This document shows positions 48,700 to 59,078 of a stretch of DNA of 64,000 bases, piece after piece. The notes beneath the pieces were generated by a model. That model ran no database searches, was not told the DNA's origin, and saw nothing but the letters and a program-made list of their open reading frames with translations. This stretch comes from a virus. Within the stretch, counting starts at the first letter, position 1; each line of letters opens with the position of its first letter. The stretch spans positions 1-64,000 of IMG/VR virus record IMGVR_UViG_3300044961_000262. The stretch is one strand, 5' to 3'. The position numbers and the translations under genes are program-made.

Positions 48700-49766
48700 T
48701 GATTATACAAGATATGCACATAGCTATAGATTTGGAGTTAAATAAAGTTAACTCCAATCTATACGATATCGTTCTTCCTGAAGAGAAAGATTATTTTCTT
48801 AATCGTGCTCAAGAAAGGTTTATAAAACAACGATATGGCGCAAAATCTAATAATAAAGGAGAAGGTTTTGAAATGAGTCAAAAGAGAATCGATGATTTAC
48901 AAAATCTTCTCGTTCCTAACTATTACGATAAAGCTTATAGATTACCTCAATCTGATTTTGATTATGAAAGTAAAGTTAGATTTTTTCTTCCGAATGACTA
49001 TATGTTTCTTACGTCTCAACGCAGTAAAGTAATGCTGAATGAATGCGGAAACATTGTTCCTAAAGAAAACGTTAAGAATGAAAAATATTATATATTAGAT
49101 ATAAATCTTTTAAATAACGTTACTAATGGTTACTCTACTTTTAAAATTAAAAGAAATTCTGATAACTTAATTTATATTGAAAATTTAAATTACCAAATTG
49201 AAGATAGAAGTTTATTTGTAACTGATTTAATTAATACGTGGAACTCTTTAACTAATAATCCCGGATATGATATTTACTATGAAAGATATAGAGATATAGT
49301 TAGTTCGGGTAATTTAATATTTGTAGCTAAAGATAATAATTTTCCTATTAGTTGGCAATATGGAGAAATAACTGTTCCTATGGATTTAATTATTAAACCT
49401 TACACTTATTTTACGGCAACTTGCGCTGAAGAAAAAATTGTAACAAACGTATTTGCTCAACAAGATGATATTTATAAAATGCAAATGGATCCTTTTAATA
49501 ATACTAATATGTGGGGCCCATTAACAATTATAAATAATCAATTTATTGATGTTTTTATAAACTTAAATAATTTTGTTGTAAAAGAAGTTTCAATATCCTA
49601 TATTCGTAAACCGAAATTAATATCATTAAAATTAAATCAGTCTTGTGAACTTGCAGAAGAAACTCACGCTGAAATAATTAGAGATGCTGTTAATTTAATG
49701 CTTGAAAATTTTGAAGCAAGTAATAGATTACAAACTTCATTACAAGTAGAGCAAACTAATGAATAA
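48699..49766 (+). CDS. Head-tail ring/connector protein
   Basis: E.DYFLNRAQ..FIK, FE.SQKR.DDL, YIRKP, CEL....H.EI motifs. Confidence 0.7.
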   Translation: MIIQDMHIAIDLELNKVNSNLYDIVLPEEKDYFLNRAQERFIKQRYGAKSNNKGEGFEMSQKRIDDLQNLLVPNYYDKAYRLPQSDFDYESKVRFFLPNDYMFLTSQRSKVMLNECGNIVPKENVKNEKYYILDINLLNNVTNGYSTFKIKRNSDNLIYIENLNYQIEDRSLFVTDLINTWNSLTNNPGYDIYYERYRDIVSSGNLIFVAKDNNFPISWQYGEITVPMDLIIKPYTYFTATCAEEKIVTNVFAQQDDIYKMQMDPFNNTNMWGPLTIINNQFIDVFINLNNFVVKEVSISYIRKPKLISLKLNQSCELAEETHAEIIRDAVNLMLENFEASNRLQTSLQVEQTNE

Positions 49767-49805
49767 TTTTTTTAATTTTTAACAAATAAATAAAACAAAA
49801 CAAAA

Positions 49806-51110
49806 ATGGCTAAATCCGTTTTAATTAGTAACTTGACTGGAACAGTCAATTACACTTCCGCTGTTTCTCCAAATGCTTTAACCGCAGGACAAATTGGCGT
49901 TTATTCTATTGCTGAATCAGGTGCTTATACTCTGATTACAACTACTCCATCAGCAGCTCAACTTAAACTACCTATTTTGGTAGCAGTAGGTTTAGGTTCA
50001 GGTGAATTTAAAGCTGTAACAGTAAAACCTGGTCAAAAAATAGCTTATGCTCAAACAAATTATGTTGCTCCAATACCTCACGTAGCTATTGCGGGGTTTG
50101 ACGGAACAACTTATGATCTTGTAAGTGGTGCAGCCGGAACTTATGGTTATAAGTTGCAAAACTTAACTTTAGGTAATCCTCCTTTCCCAACTTACAGTTC
50201 AACTCCTTATTTTGCTGTAGCTAATCAAGCAACTTCAACTGCAATTGCTCAAGCTATCGTTAAAGATATTAATGCTCAAGTACTTAATAGCGTTAACGAA
50301 GTAATGCCGGAACAATTCTTTGCATTTGTGGAAATGCTATCTAATGCGAATTCGGTACAATTAGTTACTTCGGCTCCTGCTAACGTAACCGGTACATTTA
50401 CTGTAGGTTCAACTTCAGTTACTTTATCTGGTTCAACTGTCGGTGGTTCAACTCCACTTGTTGCGGGCGATTATCTTCGTGTTGGTCACGCAACAACTAA
50501 AACACTTGCTGTATATAAAGTAGCTTCTGTATCAGGTACATCTGTAGTTTTAGAAACACCTTACGTTAATCCTTCTTTAGCTCTTGGAGCTTCAGTATCG
50601 GGAGTAGCTTTAGGTTATATTGCTGCTGCGACAATCGTTTCTACAGCTGCTGGAATTAGAGCTACTGAAATTGGAAACGTATTTAACGGATCTAGAGTTC
50701 AAGCTCCTCAAACCAATAAGTTAATTAACGTTTCATGTAATGTTAACTTGGAAGGAACTCCTGTTCAAGACAATAAAATAGTAAGTAGGGCTTTTACAGG
50801 TGCTAACGGAACTATTACTTCAGGTGTTTATACTGAAGGTAACGGTACTTACGCTCAAATTTTCAAACAAGAATTAGAAGCTGCCGGATATAGAGGATTT
50901 AATAACAGAAGTTTCTTACCTGATAATTTTCCACTTTATTCTGTAAGCGATAATACTTATGCTACAACTGCATTTACTTTTATGCAACCGGCAAAAGATT
51001 ACACAGGAATGGGTTTTCAAACAGGTACTGAATCAACTGTGATTATTGCTACAGCTACATCTACAGGTACTCAATATTCTGTACTAAATACTATTCTCTC
51101 AGCTTACTAG
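49806..51110 (+). CDS. Structural protein (auxiliary capsid/decoration-like)
   Basis: Ala/Thr/Gly-rich beta protein, EG.GTY..I...E motif, own terminator. Confidence 0.55.
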   Translation: MAKSVLISNLTGTVNYTSAVSPNALTAGQIGVYSIAESGAYTLITTTPSAAQLKLPILVAVGLGSGEFKAVTVKPGQKIAYAQTNYVAPIPHVAIAGFDGTTYDLVSGAAGTYGYKLQNLTLGNPPFPTYSSTPYFAVANQATSTAIAQAIVKDINAQVLNSVNEVMPEQFFAFVEMLSNANSVQLVTSAPANVTGTFTVGSTSVTLSGSTVGGSTPLVAGDYLRVGHATTKTLAVYKVASVSGTSVVLETPYVNPSLALGASVSGVALGYIAAATIVSTAAGIRATEIGNVFNGSRVQAPQTNKLINVSCNVNLEGTPVQDNKIVSRAFTGANGTITSGVYTEGNGTYAQIFKQELEAAGYRGFNNRSFLPDNFPLYSVSDNTYATTAFTFMQPAKDYTGMGFQTGTESTVIIATATSTGTQYSVLNTILSAY

Positions 51111-51135
51111 TAATTAACATTAATCGTAACTACTT

Positions 51136-51168
51136 AGGGGAAAAGAAATTTTCCCCTTTGTTTTTTTT
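51136..51168 (+). terminator. Intrinsic terminator
   Basis: AGGGGAAAA-GAAA-TTTTCCCCT followed by a T-run. Confidence 0.85.
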
Positions 51169-51192
51169 ATTTAATTACATTAAATTTGAACC

Positions 51193-52005
51193 ATGACAAT
51201 ACCTAAATTTAAATTTCAAGGTTTATTTAACCAATTAAAAACGTATGTTAAATTATATGTTCAGAACAAAGAATATGATGTTCCGTTAAAAGATTTGTTT
51301 GCTTCAATAGATAGTACAGACATAGACATAAATGAACTATTGCCGTATAAAACTTATACAGCTAAATTAACTCAAACTGGTTCACCTGAAGTATTAAGTT
51401 CACCTACTTCTTTAGTTATAGGAAGAAAATATACTATTGACAATTATATTTCTCAAAAAACTTTTGTTTCAGGTACTTTAACTGTAGGTTATACTTACAT
51501 TATAAATAATCTTAATATGACTGATAATTTTTTTAACGTAGGATTTGTATCATTAGGTACACCTTTCGTTGCTACTGGTACTACTCCTACCGTTTGGACT
51601 GGAGGAACTGAAGTTCTTACTGCTATACCTGATGATTTTACAAACGTTGGTGCGCCATCTAATGCAACCGGAGTAACTTTTATAGCTACGGGAACTACTC
51701 CCGCTTCTTGGGAAAATAACTCACAACTAGTATATAATGCAGATCCAGTAATTGAAGTTTTTGAAAATACAATTGGAAATTTATCTGTAACATATTCTGG
51801 AGAAGGAAACGCTAAAATTCAAAGTTTATTACCTTTATTTGAATTTAATAAAACATTTGTTCAAATTACATCAGGTACAAACGGAGTTTCTCAAAATTTA
51901 TCAGCTGAAAGAATTAACGCTAATGAAATAGGTATAGTCGCTAAAAATAATAATGTAGCTGAAAATAATTGGACTGCTTATTTACAAATTAAGTTATATA
52001 AATAA
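51193..52005 (+). CDS. Fibre-like structural protein with nested internal repeat
   Basis: Two copies of a DF.NVG...F.ATGTTP..W module. Confidence 0.6.
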   Translation: MTIPKFKFQGLFNQLKTYVKLYVQNKEYDVPLKDLFASIDSTDIDINELLPYKTYTAKLTQTGSPEVLSSPTSLVIGRKYTIDNYISQKTFVSGTLTVGYTYIINNLNMTDNFFNVGFVSLGTPFVATGTTPTVWTGGTEVLTAIPDDFTNVGAPSNATGVTFIATGTTPASWENNSQLVYNADPVIEVFENTIGNLSVTYSGEGNAKIQSLLPLFEFNKTFVQITSGTNGVSQNLSAERINANEIGIVAKNNNVAENNWTAYLQIKLYK

Positions 52006-52742
52006 TGTTAAAATTAATTCCTAAATTAGTAGATACACTTAAATGTTCTGAAATTATATTTTCAGATACAACCGGAAACGATCTTACCGGATATCAAGAA
52101 CTATTTTCTTCGGAGAATATACATTCGTCTAAACTAATAATTTCATTATTAAACTGTAGTGAAGAAAACATTTATAATTTTAATCAAGCTAAAGCTATTG
52201 ATTTAGCTAATCAAAATGATACGTTTACTATATCTGACTATGAAGACAGTAATGTAATTAAATCTGAATATATAGTTTTTTTTGAAGCACCTAATGAAAC
52301 ATTGTTTTCGATAGTAAATGGAAGTAAGAATTTAATTATTACAGGTAGTGAGTTTGATGATTATTTGAATTTCAATTATGTTCTTCTTGATAATCAACCT
52401 TATAAAGTAGCTTCAATAATAGTTGATACGGATATAACTGTGGTATTAGAAACCGAATATACAGGACCAACGTTAATTGATTATCAAGGAATTTTTGGTT
52501 ATGCTAAAAATTTTTATCATGCTCATATATGTACAATTAATAAATGTCTTCATGGTAAAATTGCTACATTAAGTACCGAATCCTGTTCATGTAAAGATAA
52601 ATCAATAGATAAAGTTTCAAGATATTTATTTATGTTTTTTGGAATTGAAGTGCTAATTGAAGCAATGAATTATAAAAAAGCTCAGGAAGTAATCGATTCT
52701 TTAAAATTAATATGTCAATCTGATAAAACTTGTGGTTGCTAA
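52005..52742 (+). CDS. Putative tail hub/structural protein
   Basis: Cys-rich C-terminus (CSC...CGC); synteny. Confidence 0.5.
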   Translation: MLKLIPKLVDTLKCSEIIFSDTTGNDLTGYQELFSSENIHSSKLIISLLNCSEENIYNFNQAKAIDLANQNDTFTISDYEDSNVIKSEYIVFFEAPNETLFSIVNGSKNLIITGSEFDDYLNFNYVLLDNQPYKVASIIVDTDITVVLETEYTGPTLIDYQGIFGYAKNFYHAHICTINKCLHGKIATLSTESCSCKDKSIDKVSRYLFMFFGIEVLIEAMNYKKAQEVIDSLKLICQSDKTCGC

Positions 52743-53017
52743 TGAGTTGTGTAGTATATACAAGAGAAGAATATAATAGAGTATTCGGTCAATTAAAAGA
52801 ATGCTTTGGAAAAAGTGTATCTATTAATGCTAAAGAAATTTTATATAAAACTAAATGTAAAGAAGATAATTTGAAAGAATTATTTTTATACATTTGGGCT
52901 TTAAATGATTGGACAATGATAAATAATACAATACCATCTGAAGATAATTTTTTAACTATAGAAGAGTTTGATAATATTGTAACTAGAGTTTTATCTATTT
53001 GTAATTGTAATGTTTAA
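52730..53017 (+). CDS. Small Cys-containing structural protein
   Basis: Synteny. Confidence 0.5.
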   Translation: MWLLMSCVVYTREEYNRVFGQLKECFGKSVSINAKEILYKTKCKEDNLKELFLYIWALNDWTMINNTIPSEDNFLTIEEFDNIVTRVLSICNCNV

Positions 53018-53483
53018 ATTAAAACCTACTGAAGAAACTTGTAATTTATCAAATAAATTATCATTTGAAATAAATGATGTTAATTCTGAGTGCGGTGATG
53101 CAAGTAAATTTAATTTTGATATTAAAGACGGTAAATGTTGCGATAATCAATCAAATATTGTTTGTGATGACGTGGAAATTGAAATAAATGGTAATTTATT
53201 TTTGGAAGTACCTTCAGGAAATACTATAAATGTTACTCTTATAGATAAAGATAATAATATTTACAATCCTTATGTAACAAATACTGTTTTAAGAATAGCA
53301 AAAGAACGAAGAAGTGACTTTGTTTCTCCTTATAGTTATGTAGGATACTCTCAATACTTGTCAGATGAAAGCGCAAATGTATGGAGAGTAGCTAGGATAA
53401 CCGTACTTGCAGATGGAACTACGACAGTAGGGGTAGCAACTAACGTAAATTGGACTGACAGATATACTCACACTTATACATAA
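53010..53483 (+). CDS. Putative tail fibre-associated protein
   Basis: C-terminal Y.G....S...WR..RIT...W.DR....Y module. Confidence 0.5.
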   Translation: MFKLKPTEETCNLSNKLSFEINDVNSECGDASKFNFDIKDGKCCDNQSNIVCDDVEIEINGNLFLEVPSGNTINVTLIDKDNNIYNPYVTNTVLRIAKERRSDFVSPYSYVGYSQYLSDESANVWRVARITVLADGTTTVGVATNVNWTDRYTHTYT

Positions 53484-53488
53484 AAATT

Positions 53489-53770
53489 ATGAAACTACAA
53501 TTAAAAACACCGATTCAACACGAAGATAGCACGTATCCCTACGCTAATCTTCGACTAAGCGTAAGCACACAGTACGGAAACCCTGATGGCTACTCATTTG
53601 CAATGACAGTAACACCTTATAGAATTACCGATTCAAACGAGGTAGAGTTATTGAACTCACACGCAATGAACTTTAATTCATTGAACGCTTTAGAAGATGC
53701 GAACTTGTTGCTAAAAGATTGTTCTACCAACGTAATTACAGAGATTCAAAACCTTTTAAACAATCTATAA
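53489..53770 (+). CDS. Hypothetical protein (possible fibre chaperone)
   Basis: Coupled to the fibre gene. Confidence 0.5.
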   Translation: MKLQLKTPIQHEDSTYPYANLRLSVSTQYGNPDGYSFAMTVTPYRITDSNEVELLNSHAMNFNSLNALEDANLLLKDCSTNVITEIQNLLNNL

Positions 53771-53771
53771 T

Positions 53772-55166
53772 ATGGCACAATATAGAAGAAACGCAACGGG
53801 TAATTGGAGTACCGTTTCAGAATGGAGTACGTGGAATGGTTCAACATGGGTAACTGCAAGTGTTGTACCGGGAGCTGCGGATGATGTGTTTGCAAATAAC
53901 TTCACTACAACCATTGACCAAGATATTATGGTTCTAACATTGCGAAATACAAATACAGGTGCATTGGGAACAGGTACAAATAACGGTGGTGTTTATTTAA
54001 TTAGTACAGGGGGCTATACTATTAGTTGTACGGGTGTAGGTACAAATATATTAATTGGGGCTGTCAGTATAATAAACGTAACTGCTGCATCAGGTGTTAC
54101 TACAATTAATGGGAATATTGTTGGGAGTACCACAGCAAATATAAACGCTATTACAAAATCAGGGGCAGGTACTTTAAGTTTTATTGGCAATGTTAGTTTA
54201 TCTGCAACAAATAGCGGCAATGCTACTATCAATATTTCAGATGGTACATTAAATGTTGTTGGCAATATAATCTCAAACTTAGGGGCTGCGCAATCGGGTG
54301 TGATAAGAGTTACAGGTAATTGTACAGTAAACATTACTGGGGATTTAGTATCGGGCGCAGGTACAAACTGTCATGCCATTTGGGTTAGTAGCGGTATTTC
54401 TACAATTACGGTGACAGGCAATGCCACAAGTGGGCATATCCAAATACTTGTCAATTTAGCTTCACAAACAACATTTACATTGACTGGAATAGTATCTTAT
54501 TCAGCAGCATCTAGTGGTGCAATTATATCTTCATCTAATGCAAACTCTGCAATTTATATTAACGGGAACATCTTGGGCAACCTTTCTGGTGGCACTGGTA
54601 TAAATATAAATTGTACTGCTCCTAATTATGTAAAAATAGTCGGCAGCATAACCGCAGGTGTAACAGTTACAAGTGTTTCAAATATTGCAGCAGCTAGCGC
54701 TATAACAATATGGGGTGGCGGGAAACTAACATCTTCTAGTTACGGTATATTGCCAATTGCTGCAACCAGATTATTTATAATAAATTCCTCTACAGTTGAA
54801 TATGAATTTGCATCTGACCAATACAACGGTGCGACAACTCCTCCAATACCCGCAAGATATTCGCTATATTCAGCCAATACACTTGCAGACGCACCAATAG
54901 CAGCCGATGTAAGAGAGGGTACTGTATATGCTTTAGGTTCACAAACAGGTACGTTAATCGTACCAAGTCCTGCAAATGTAGCATTGAATGTACCTACAGA
55001 TAATACGGTAGGTACTGCCGTTATAACTAAAGAAGCAGTAAAAGAAGCTGTATGGGATGCTTTATTAAACGACATAACAGAGCCTAATAGTATTGGAGTG
55101 CGACTTAAAAACGCAGCAACGGTAGAATCTACTGGTGCTCAATTAGCTAATTTGATAAATACTTAA
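53772..55166 (+). CDS. Tail fibre/spike-like beta-helix protein
   Basis: GNWS...W...VPGAADDV N-terminus; Gly/Thr/Asn/Ile repeats; ADVR.GT.Y C-terminal motif. Confidence 0.65.
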   Translation: MAQYRRNATGNWSTVSEWSTWNGSTWVTASVVPGAADDVFANNFTTTIDQDIMVLTLRNTNTGALGTGTNNGGVYLISTGGYTISCTGVGTNILIGAVSIINVTAASGVTTINGNIVGSTTANINAITKSGAGTLSFIGNVSLSATNSGNATINISDGTLNVVGNIISNLGAAQSGVIRVTGNCTVNITGDLVSGAGTNCHAIWVSSGISTITVTGNATSGHIQILVNLASQTTFTLTGIVSYSAASSGAIISSSNANSAIYINGNILGNLSGGTGININCTAPNYVKIVGSITAGVTVTSVSNIAAASAITIWGGGKLTSSSYGILPIAATRLFIINSSTVEYEFASDQYNGATTPPIPARYSLYSANTLADAPIAADVREGTVYALGSQTGTLIVPSPANVALNVPTDNTVGTAVITKEAVKEAVWDALLNDITEPNSIGVRLKNAATVESTGAQLANLINT

Positions 55167-55186
55167 TTTTTAATTATATTTGCCAC

Positions 55187-56464
55187 ATGTGCAATTGTCC
55201 AGAAAATAATACCAATCCTTGTCCTGATGGTTCAACTAATAAAATAGTAGTTAAATGGTCAGATATTATAAATAAACCTGATTGTTTTACTCCATGTTTA
55301 AATGATTTAAATTTAGTTTTACAGTCTAGAACTTTAAGTATTAATGGAATAACTTATGACTTATCTCAAAATAGAAGTTGGACAATAAATTCAGGAGTTT
55401 CTAATTTAAGCGAATTAGATGACGTTAACGTAAATACTCCTATGTCAGGTAATGTACTTATATTTAACGGAAGTGTTTGGGTAAATGAAACTCTCGAAGG
55501 TTCTAAATGGACAGCTACAGGAAGTAATATTTTTAGAAATAGTAATGTTGCGATAGGAACTACGGAAATTAGCGGTAGATTACATGTATCTGGAAACCTT
55601 CATTTATCTGGAGGAAACGTAAATGTATTTAATGTTACTAATAATAATTTATCTTTAGGTACAAATAACTTAGAAAGAATTAGAATTGAAAATACAGGAA
55701 TTGTAGGAATAGGTATTAATTATAACCATATTGGGTCAAATTCTACAACCGATAGATTATTATTGGGAGTAAATACAGTTGCTCCTAATAATGTTAATTA
55801 TGATATTTTAAGATTAATTACTAATCCTCTTTCAGCTCAACCTAAATATGTAGGTATTAATTTTGAGGTAGCTACTTCAAGTTCAATTTTTGGTTTAGCC
55901 GCAATAAGAGCTTTTGATATGGGAGTATTTAAAGGAGATTTAACTTTTTGGACGGATCCCGGAATTAATAACATATCTTATGTTGAAAGAATGAGAATTA
56001 CATCTGAAGGTATAGTCGGTATTGGAACTTCTAGTCCATCTTTAGCTTCTCGACTTCATGTAATTGGATCAGGAATATTTAGTGAAAATTTAACTGTATC
56101 AAATTCACTTCTTGTTGGGTCTTCGATTAATGTTAATGGAGGTTTAACTGTTTCTGGACCAACAACTTTAAACAACTCTTTTAAATTAATTACAAACAAT
56201 ACTACAGTACTTGACGTTAATTATGTAACTACAGCAACTGATAATATTTTGTATTTTTCAACTACAGCTGTTAGAACATTAGATTTACCTGATCCTTCCA
56301 CAAATGTTGGTAGAATTATATATGTTTATAATAACGGTAGTCATAACATAATTACATCAACTCCAACGGGAAGTATCGTAGGTATACCTAACGTAAATGC
56401 CGGAAAAGGAAAAGTATTTATATGCTTTAGTACAACAGTATGGTTAGCTTTAACTACAGAATAA
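55187..56464 (+). CDS. Tail fibre protein
   Basis: ERMRITS.G.VGIGT..P...LHV repeats; L.ELDDV......G.VL..NGS.W.N motif. Confidence 0.75.
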   Translation: MCNCPENNTNPCPDGSTNKIVVKWSDIINKPDCFTPCLNDLNLVLQSRTLSINGITYDLSQNRSWTINSGVSNLSELDDVNVNTPMSGNVLIFNGSVWVNETLEGSKWTATGSNIFRNSNVAIGTTEISGRLHVSGNLHLSGGNVNVFNVTNNNLSLGTNNLERIRIENTGIVGIGINYNHIGSNSTTDRLLLGVNTVAPNNVNYDILRLITNPLSAQPKYVGINFEVATSSSIFGLAAIRAFDMGVFKGDLTFWTDPGINNISYVERMRITSEGIVGIGTSSPSLASRLHVIGSGIFSENLTVSNSLLVGSSINVNGGLTVSGPTTLNNSFKLITNNTTVLDVNYVTTATDNILYFSTTAVRTLDLPDPSTNVGRIIYVYNNGSHNIITSTPTGSIVGIPNVNAGKGKVFICFSTTVWLALTTE

Positions 56465-56465
56465 T

Positions 56466-56885
56466 ATGAAAATAACATTTAAAGAATTAAACGAAAAAAG
56501 AAAAATTTTATTACATTTAATTGCTAATGAAGAAGAAATGTCTAAAATTAAATATGCTGTCCTTAAATGGGATAAAGAGGTTTCTAAAATCTTATCTGAA
56601 ATTCAAGCTGAATATACCGATAAGTTTGCTGAACTTAAAGAAGAGAAAGAAATTTTTTACGCAATAGAAAAAGATGGAATTTTACTTAAAAAAGATGATA
56701 AATATCAATACAATAAAGAAAATTCCATACTTTTGTCAAAAGAACTTTTTTCTATTAAAAAACAAATAGAAAATGAATTAGCTAATCACATAATTGATTT
56801 TGAACCTTACATTTTAAAAGATGAAGCTGTAATAAATCAATTAGATGTTTTCGCAAAAGAAGAGTTAAAAAATATATTTATATGA
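56466..56885 (+). CDS. Hypothetical helical protein
   Basis: Operon-packed ORF. Confidence 0.6.
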   Translation: MKITFKELNEKRKILLHLIANEEEMSKIKYAVLKWDKEVSKILSEIQAEYTDKFAELKEEKEIFYAIEKDGILLKKDDKYQYNKENSILLSKELFSIKKQIENELANHIIDFEPYILKDEAVINQLDVFAKEELKNIFI

Positions 56886-57142
56886 CAACATTAGAATCAT
56901 TAGTACAAACAATATTTAGAAGTTTTATTACTAAATCTATAATTCGACCTATAGTGTCTAATACAAAATTCGGAAACGAAAATGTAGTTAAAGAACTAAC
57001 TGTAGTTTTACAGGTTGACGGTCAACTTTTTATTGAAAATGTCGCTTTTGAATGTTTAAAAGGAATACCTTATACTTTTAAATATGTAAATCTAAATAAT
57101 TGTAGTGCTAATCAGAATGGAGCAATAGCAATTTATTTATGA
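56882..57142 (+). CDS. Hypothetical protein
   Basis: Operon-packed ORF. Confidence 0.55.
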   Translation: MTTLESLVQTIFRSFITKSIIRPIVSNTKFGNENVVKELTVVLQVDGQLFIENVAFECLKGIPYTFKYVNLNNCSANQNGAIAIYL

Positions 57143-57579
57143 GAAGGATTGATCACATAGTAGTTCATACAACCTATACTTCTCAAAAAGCTACATTAGA
57201 GGATTTAAAGAAAGGATGGAAAAGTTTAGGATGGAAAAATAATGGTTATCATTATATAATTCATTCTAATGGAGATATTGAAAACATTACTCCTGAAGAG
57301 AATATAGCTAACGGTGTAGCAGGATTTAATTCTAATTCTATACATGTAGCTTATATTGGAGGAAGAGTTAATAATAGACCAAAAGATAATCGAACCGAAC
57401 TTCAAAAAGCTGCTTTAATTGTAATTTTAACAGAATTAAAAATTAAATATCCAAAAGCTAGAATATTAGGTCATAGAGATTTTAGTCCTGATACGAATAA
57501 AAACGGTAAAATAGATACTTGGGAATTTATAAAAGAATGTCCTTGTTTTAACGCAATAACAGAATATCAAAACATATGA
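57139..57579 (+). CDS. N-acetylmuramoyl-L-alanine amidase endolysin (T7 lysozyme-like)
   Basis: IVVHT, GYHYII, SIHVAYIGG, GHRD and CPCF motifs. Confidence 0.9.
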   Translation: MRRIDHIVVHTTYTSQKATLEDLKKGWKSLGWKNNGYHYIIHSNGDIENITPEENIANGVAGFNSNSIHVAYIGGRVNNRPKDNRTELQKAALIVILTELKIKYPKARILGHRDFSPDTNKNGKIDTWEFIKECPCFNAITEYQNI

Positions 57580-58040
57580 AATATATAATTATTTTAATCG
57601 CTTTATTATCAAGTTGTTCAGCTGAATGGCATTTAAAAAGAGCTGTAAAAAAGAATCCTAAGTACGGAGATTCAACTAAAGTTTACATTCCGTATATAAA
57701 AGATACTACGATTTATGTGCAGTTACCGGGAGATACTAACGAAACTTCTTTAAAGTTTAGAGATTGGTATAATAGAGCTAAAGATAGTACCGCTACTTTA
57801 TATAAAGATAGTATGTTACATATCTATCAAAAACTAGATTCGTTAGGTAACGTAAAGACAAAAATAATTAGAACTCCTTACATTTTAGAAGTTCCTATAA
57901 CCATTCATGATACAATACCTGTAAATTGTCCGCCAACTATATCAGTTGAAGATAATAAATGGTCAACTTTTGATTGGATACTATTATTTGTATCTATTGT
58001 ATTATTTTTACTATTAATTATTCAATATAAATTAAAATGA
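57576..58040 (+). CDS. Spanin, unimolecular architecture
   Basis: Lipobox LLSSC plus C-terminal TM helix; between endolysin and holin. Confidence 0.7.
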   Translation: MKYIIILIALLSSCSAEWHLKRAVKKNPKYGDSTKVYIPYIKDTTIYVQLPGDTNETSLKFRDWYNRAKDSTATLYKDSMLHIYQKLDSLGNVKTKIIRTPYILEVPITIHDTIPVNCPPTISVEDNKWSTFDWILLFVSIVLFLLLIIQYKLK

Positions 58041-58429
58041 AAGAAGTTTATAGTAAATTATTTACAATTGTTTCCGTAACCTTAATTACTTTTTTTACTC
58101 CCATCAGTAAAGATCTTTTTTTTGTAGGAAGTTTAGTAATAGCTGATTGGATCACTGGAATGGCAAAAGGAGTAAAAGAAAGTAATTTTAAAAGTTCTAT
58201 AGCTATTAGAAAATTTTGGGTATCTGTAGGTTACTTTATCGGCATTATAATTTCTGTAATTGTTCAGAATTACTTCGGAGGAGAAATACCGTTACTTAAA
58301 GCCGTTATAACTATTATTGCTGTATCTGAATTACAATCTTTACGGGAAAATATAATATCTTTGAATGGAGTAGACATTCTTAAACCGATAATTAATTTAG
58401 TTCGAAAAATTAAAAAAAATGGCAACTAA
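58037..58429 (+). CDS. Holin
   Basis: TM helices; DWITG and E..SL.EN....G motifs. Confidence 0.8.
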   Translation: MKEVYSKLFTIVSVTLITFFTPISKDLFFVGSLVIADWITGMAKGVKESNFKSSIAIRKFWVSVGYFIGIIISVIVQNYFGGEIPLLKAVITIIAVSELQSLRENIISLNGVDILKPIINLVRKIKKNGN

Positions 58430-59078
58430 AAAAGAAATAATTTATAACATTCTCAATTTAATTGAAGGAGGTAGATTATCAGATGATGTTATTCCTTCCT
58501 ATCGTCAAATCGGTTTTATACTCGATTATAAAAGAGCACAATATCTTCGTCAAGATCAAACTAAAAACTGGTTTGATATGGATACAATTTATCAGGATTT
58601 AGGTGTTCTTAAAATGATACCTGTAGATTCATCTGAATGTTGCGCTTTTGAAACAGGATGTACAGTTTATCGTACATCAAATAAAATACCTGAAGTTTTA
58701 AGATTTAATTTAAGAAACGCTATAAAAGTTAATGCTATTGATAAACGTAAAAGATTTGAAATAGTTTTACCCGAAAGATTTGATTTTGTAAGTTATACTA
58801 AATTCGGAAGATTAACTGAACCTGTATATTATTTAAACGGATACATTTATTCTAAAGAAATTTACGCATTAAATGTTAGAGCCGCTCTAATTAATCCTGA
58901 AGAAGCTAAAGGATTTATATGTGGAGACGGACCGTGTTTTACGGATAATAGTCAATATCCATTACCCGCAGATATTATTGATTTAGTAACTAAAGATATA
59001 ATATCTACTGAAATGAACGTACTTCTTCAAACAATAAATGATTTAGAAAATAATGCTAAAGACAATAACGGTAGGTAG
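58419..59078 (+). CDS. Tail ring (tubular) protein
   Basis: SDD...S.RQI......RA; YY.NGYIY; YPLP..I motifs. Confidence 0.65.
   Translation: MATKKEIIYNILNLIEGGRLSDDVIPSYRQIGFILDYKRAQYLRQDQTKNWFDMDTIYQDLGVLKMIPVDSSECCAFETGCTVYRTSNKIPEVLRFNLRNAIKVNAIDKRKRFEIVLPERFDFVSYTKFGRLTEPVYYLNGYIYSKEIYALNVRAALINPEEAKGFICGDGPCFTDNSQYPLPADIIDLVTKDIISTEMNVLLQTINDLENNAKDNNGR

Noticed and set aside
5912-55075. Short antisense or alternate-frame ORFs in the track (e.g. 5912-6136, 16629-16958, 18221-18454, 19758-20015, 36012-36314, 44835-45122, 45219-45512, 54014-54334, 54740-55075)
   Set aside because: They overlap well-supported genes and are shadow frames with no motifs
51193-56464. Diversity-generating retroelement acting on fibre genes
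   Set aside because: No reverse transcriptase and no template/variable repeat pair seen
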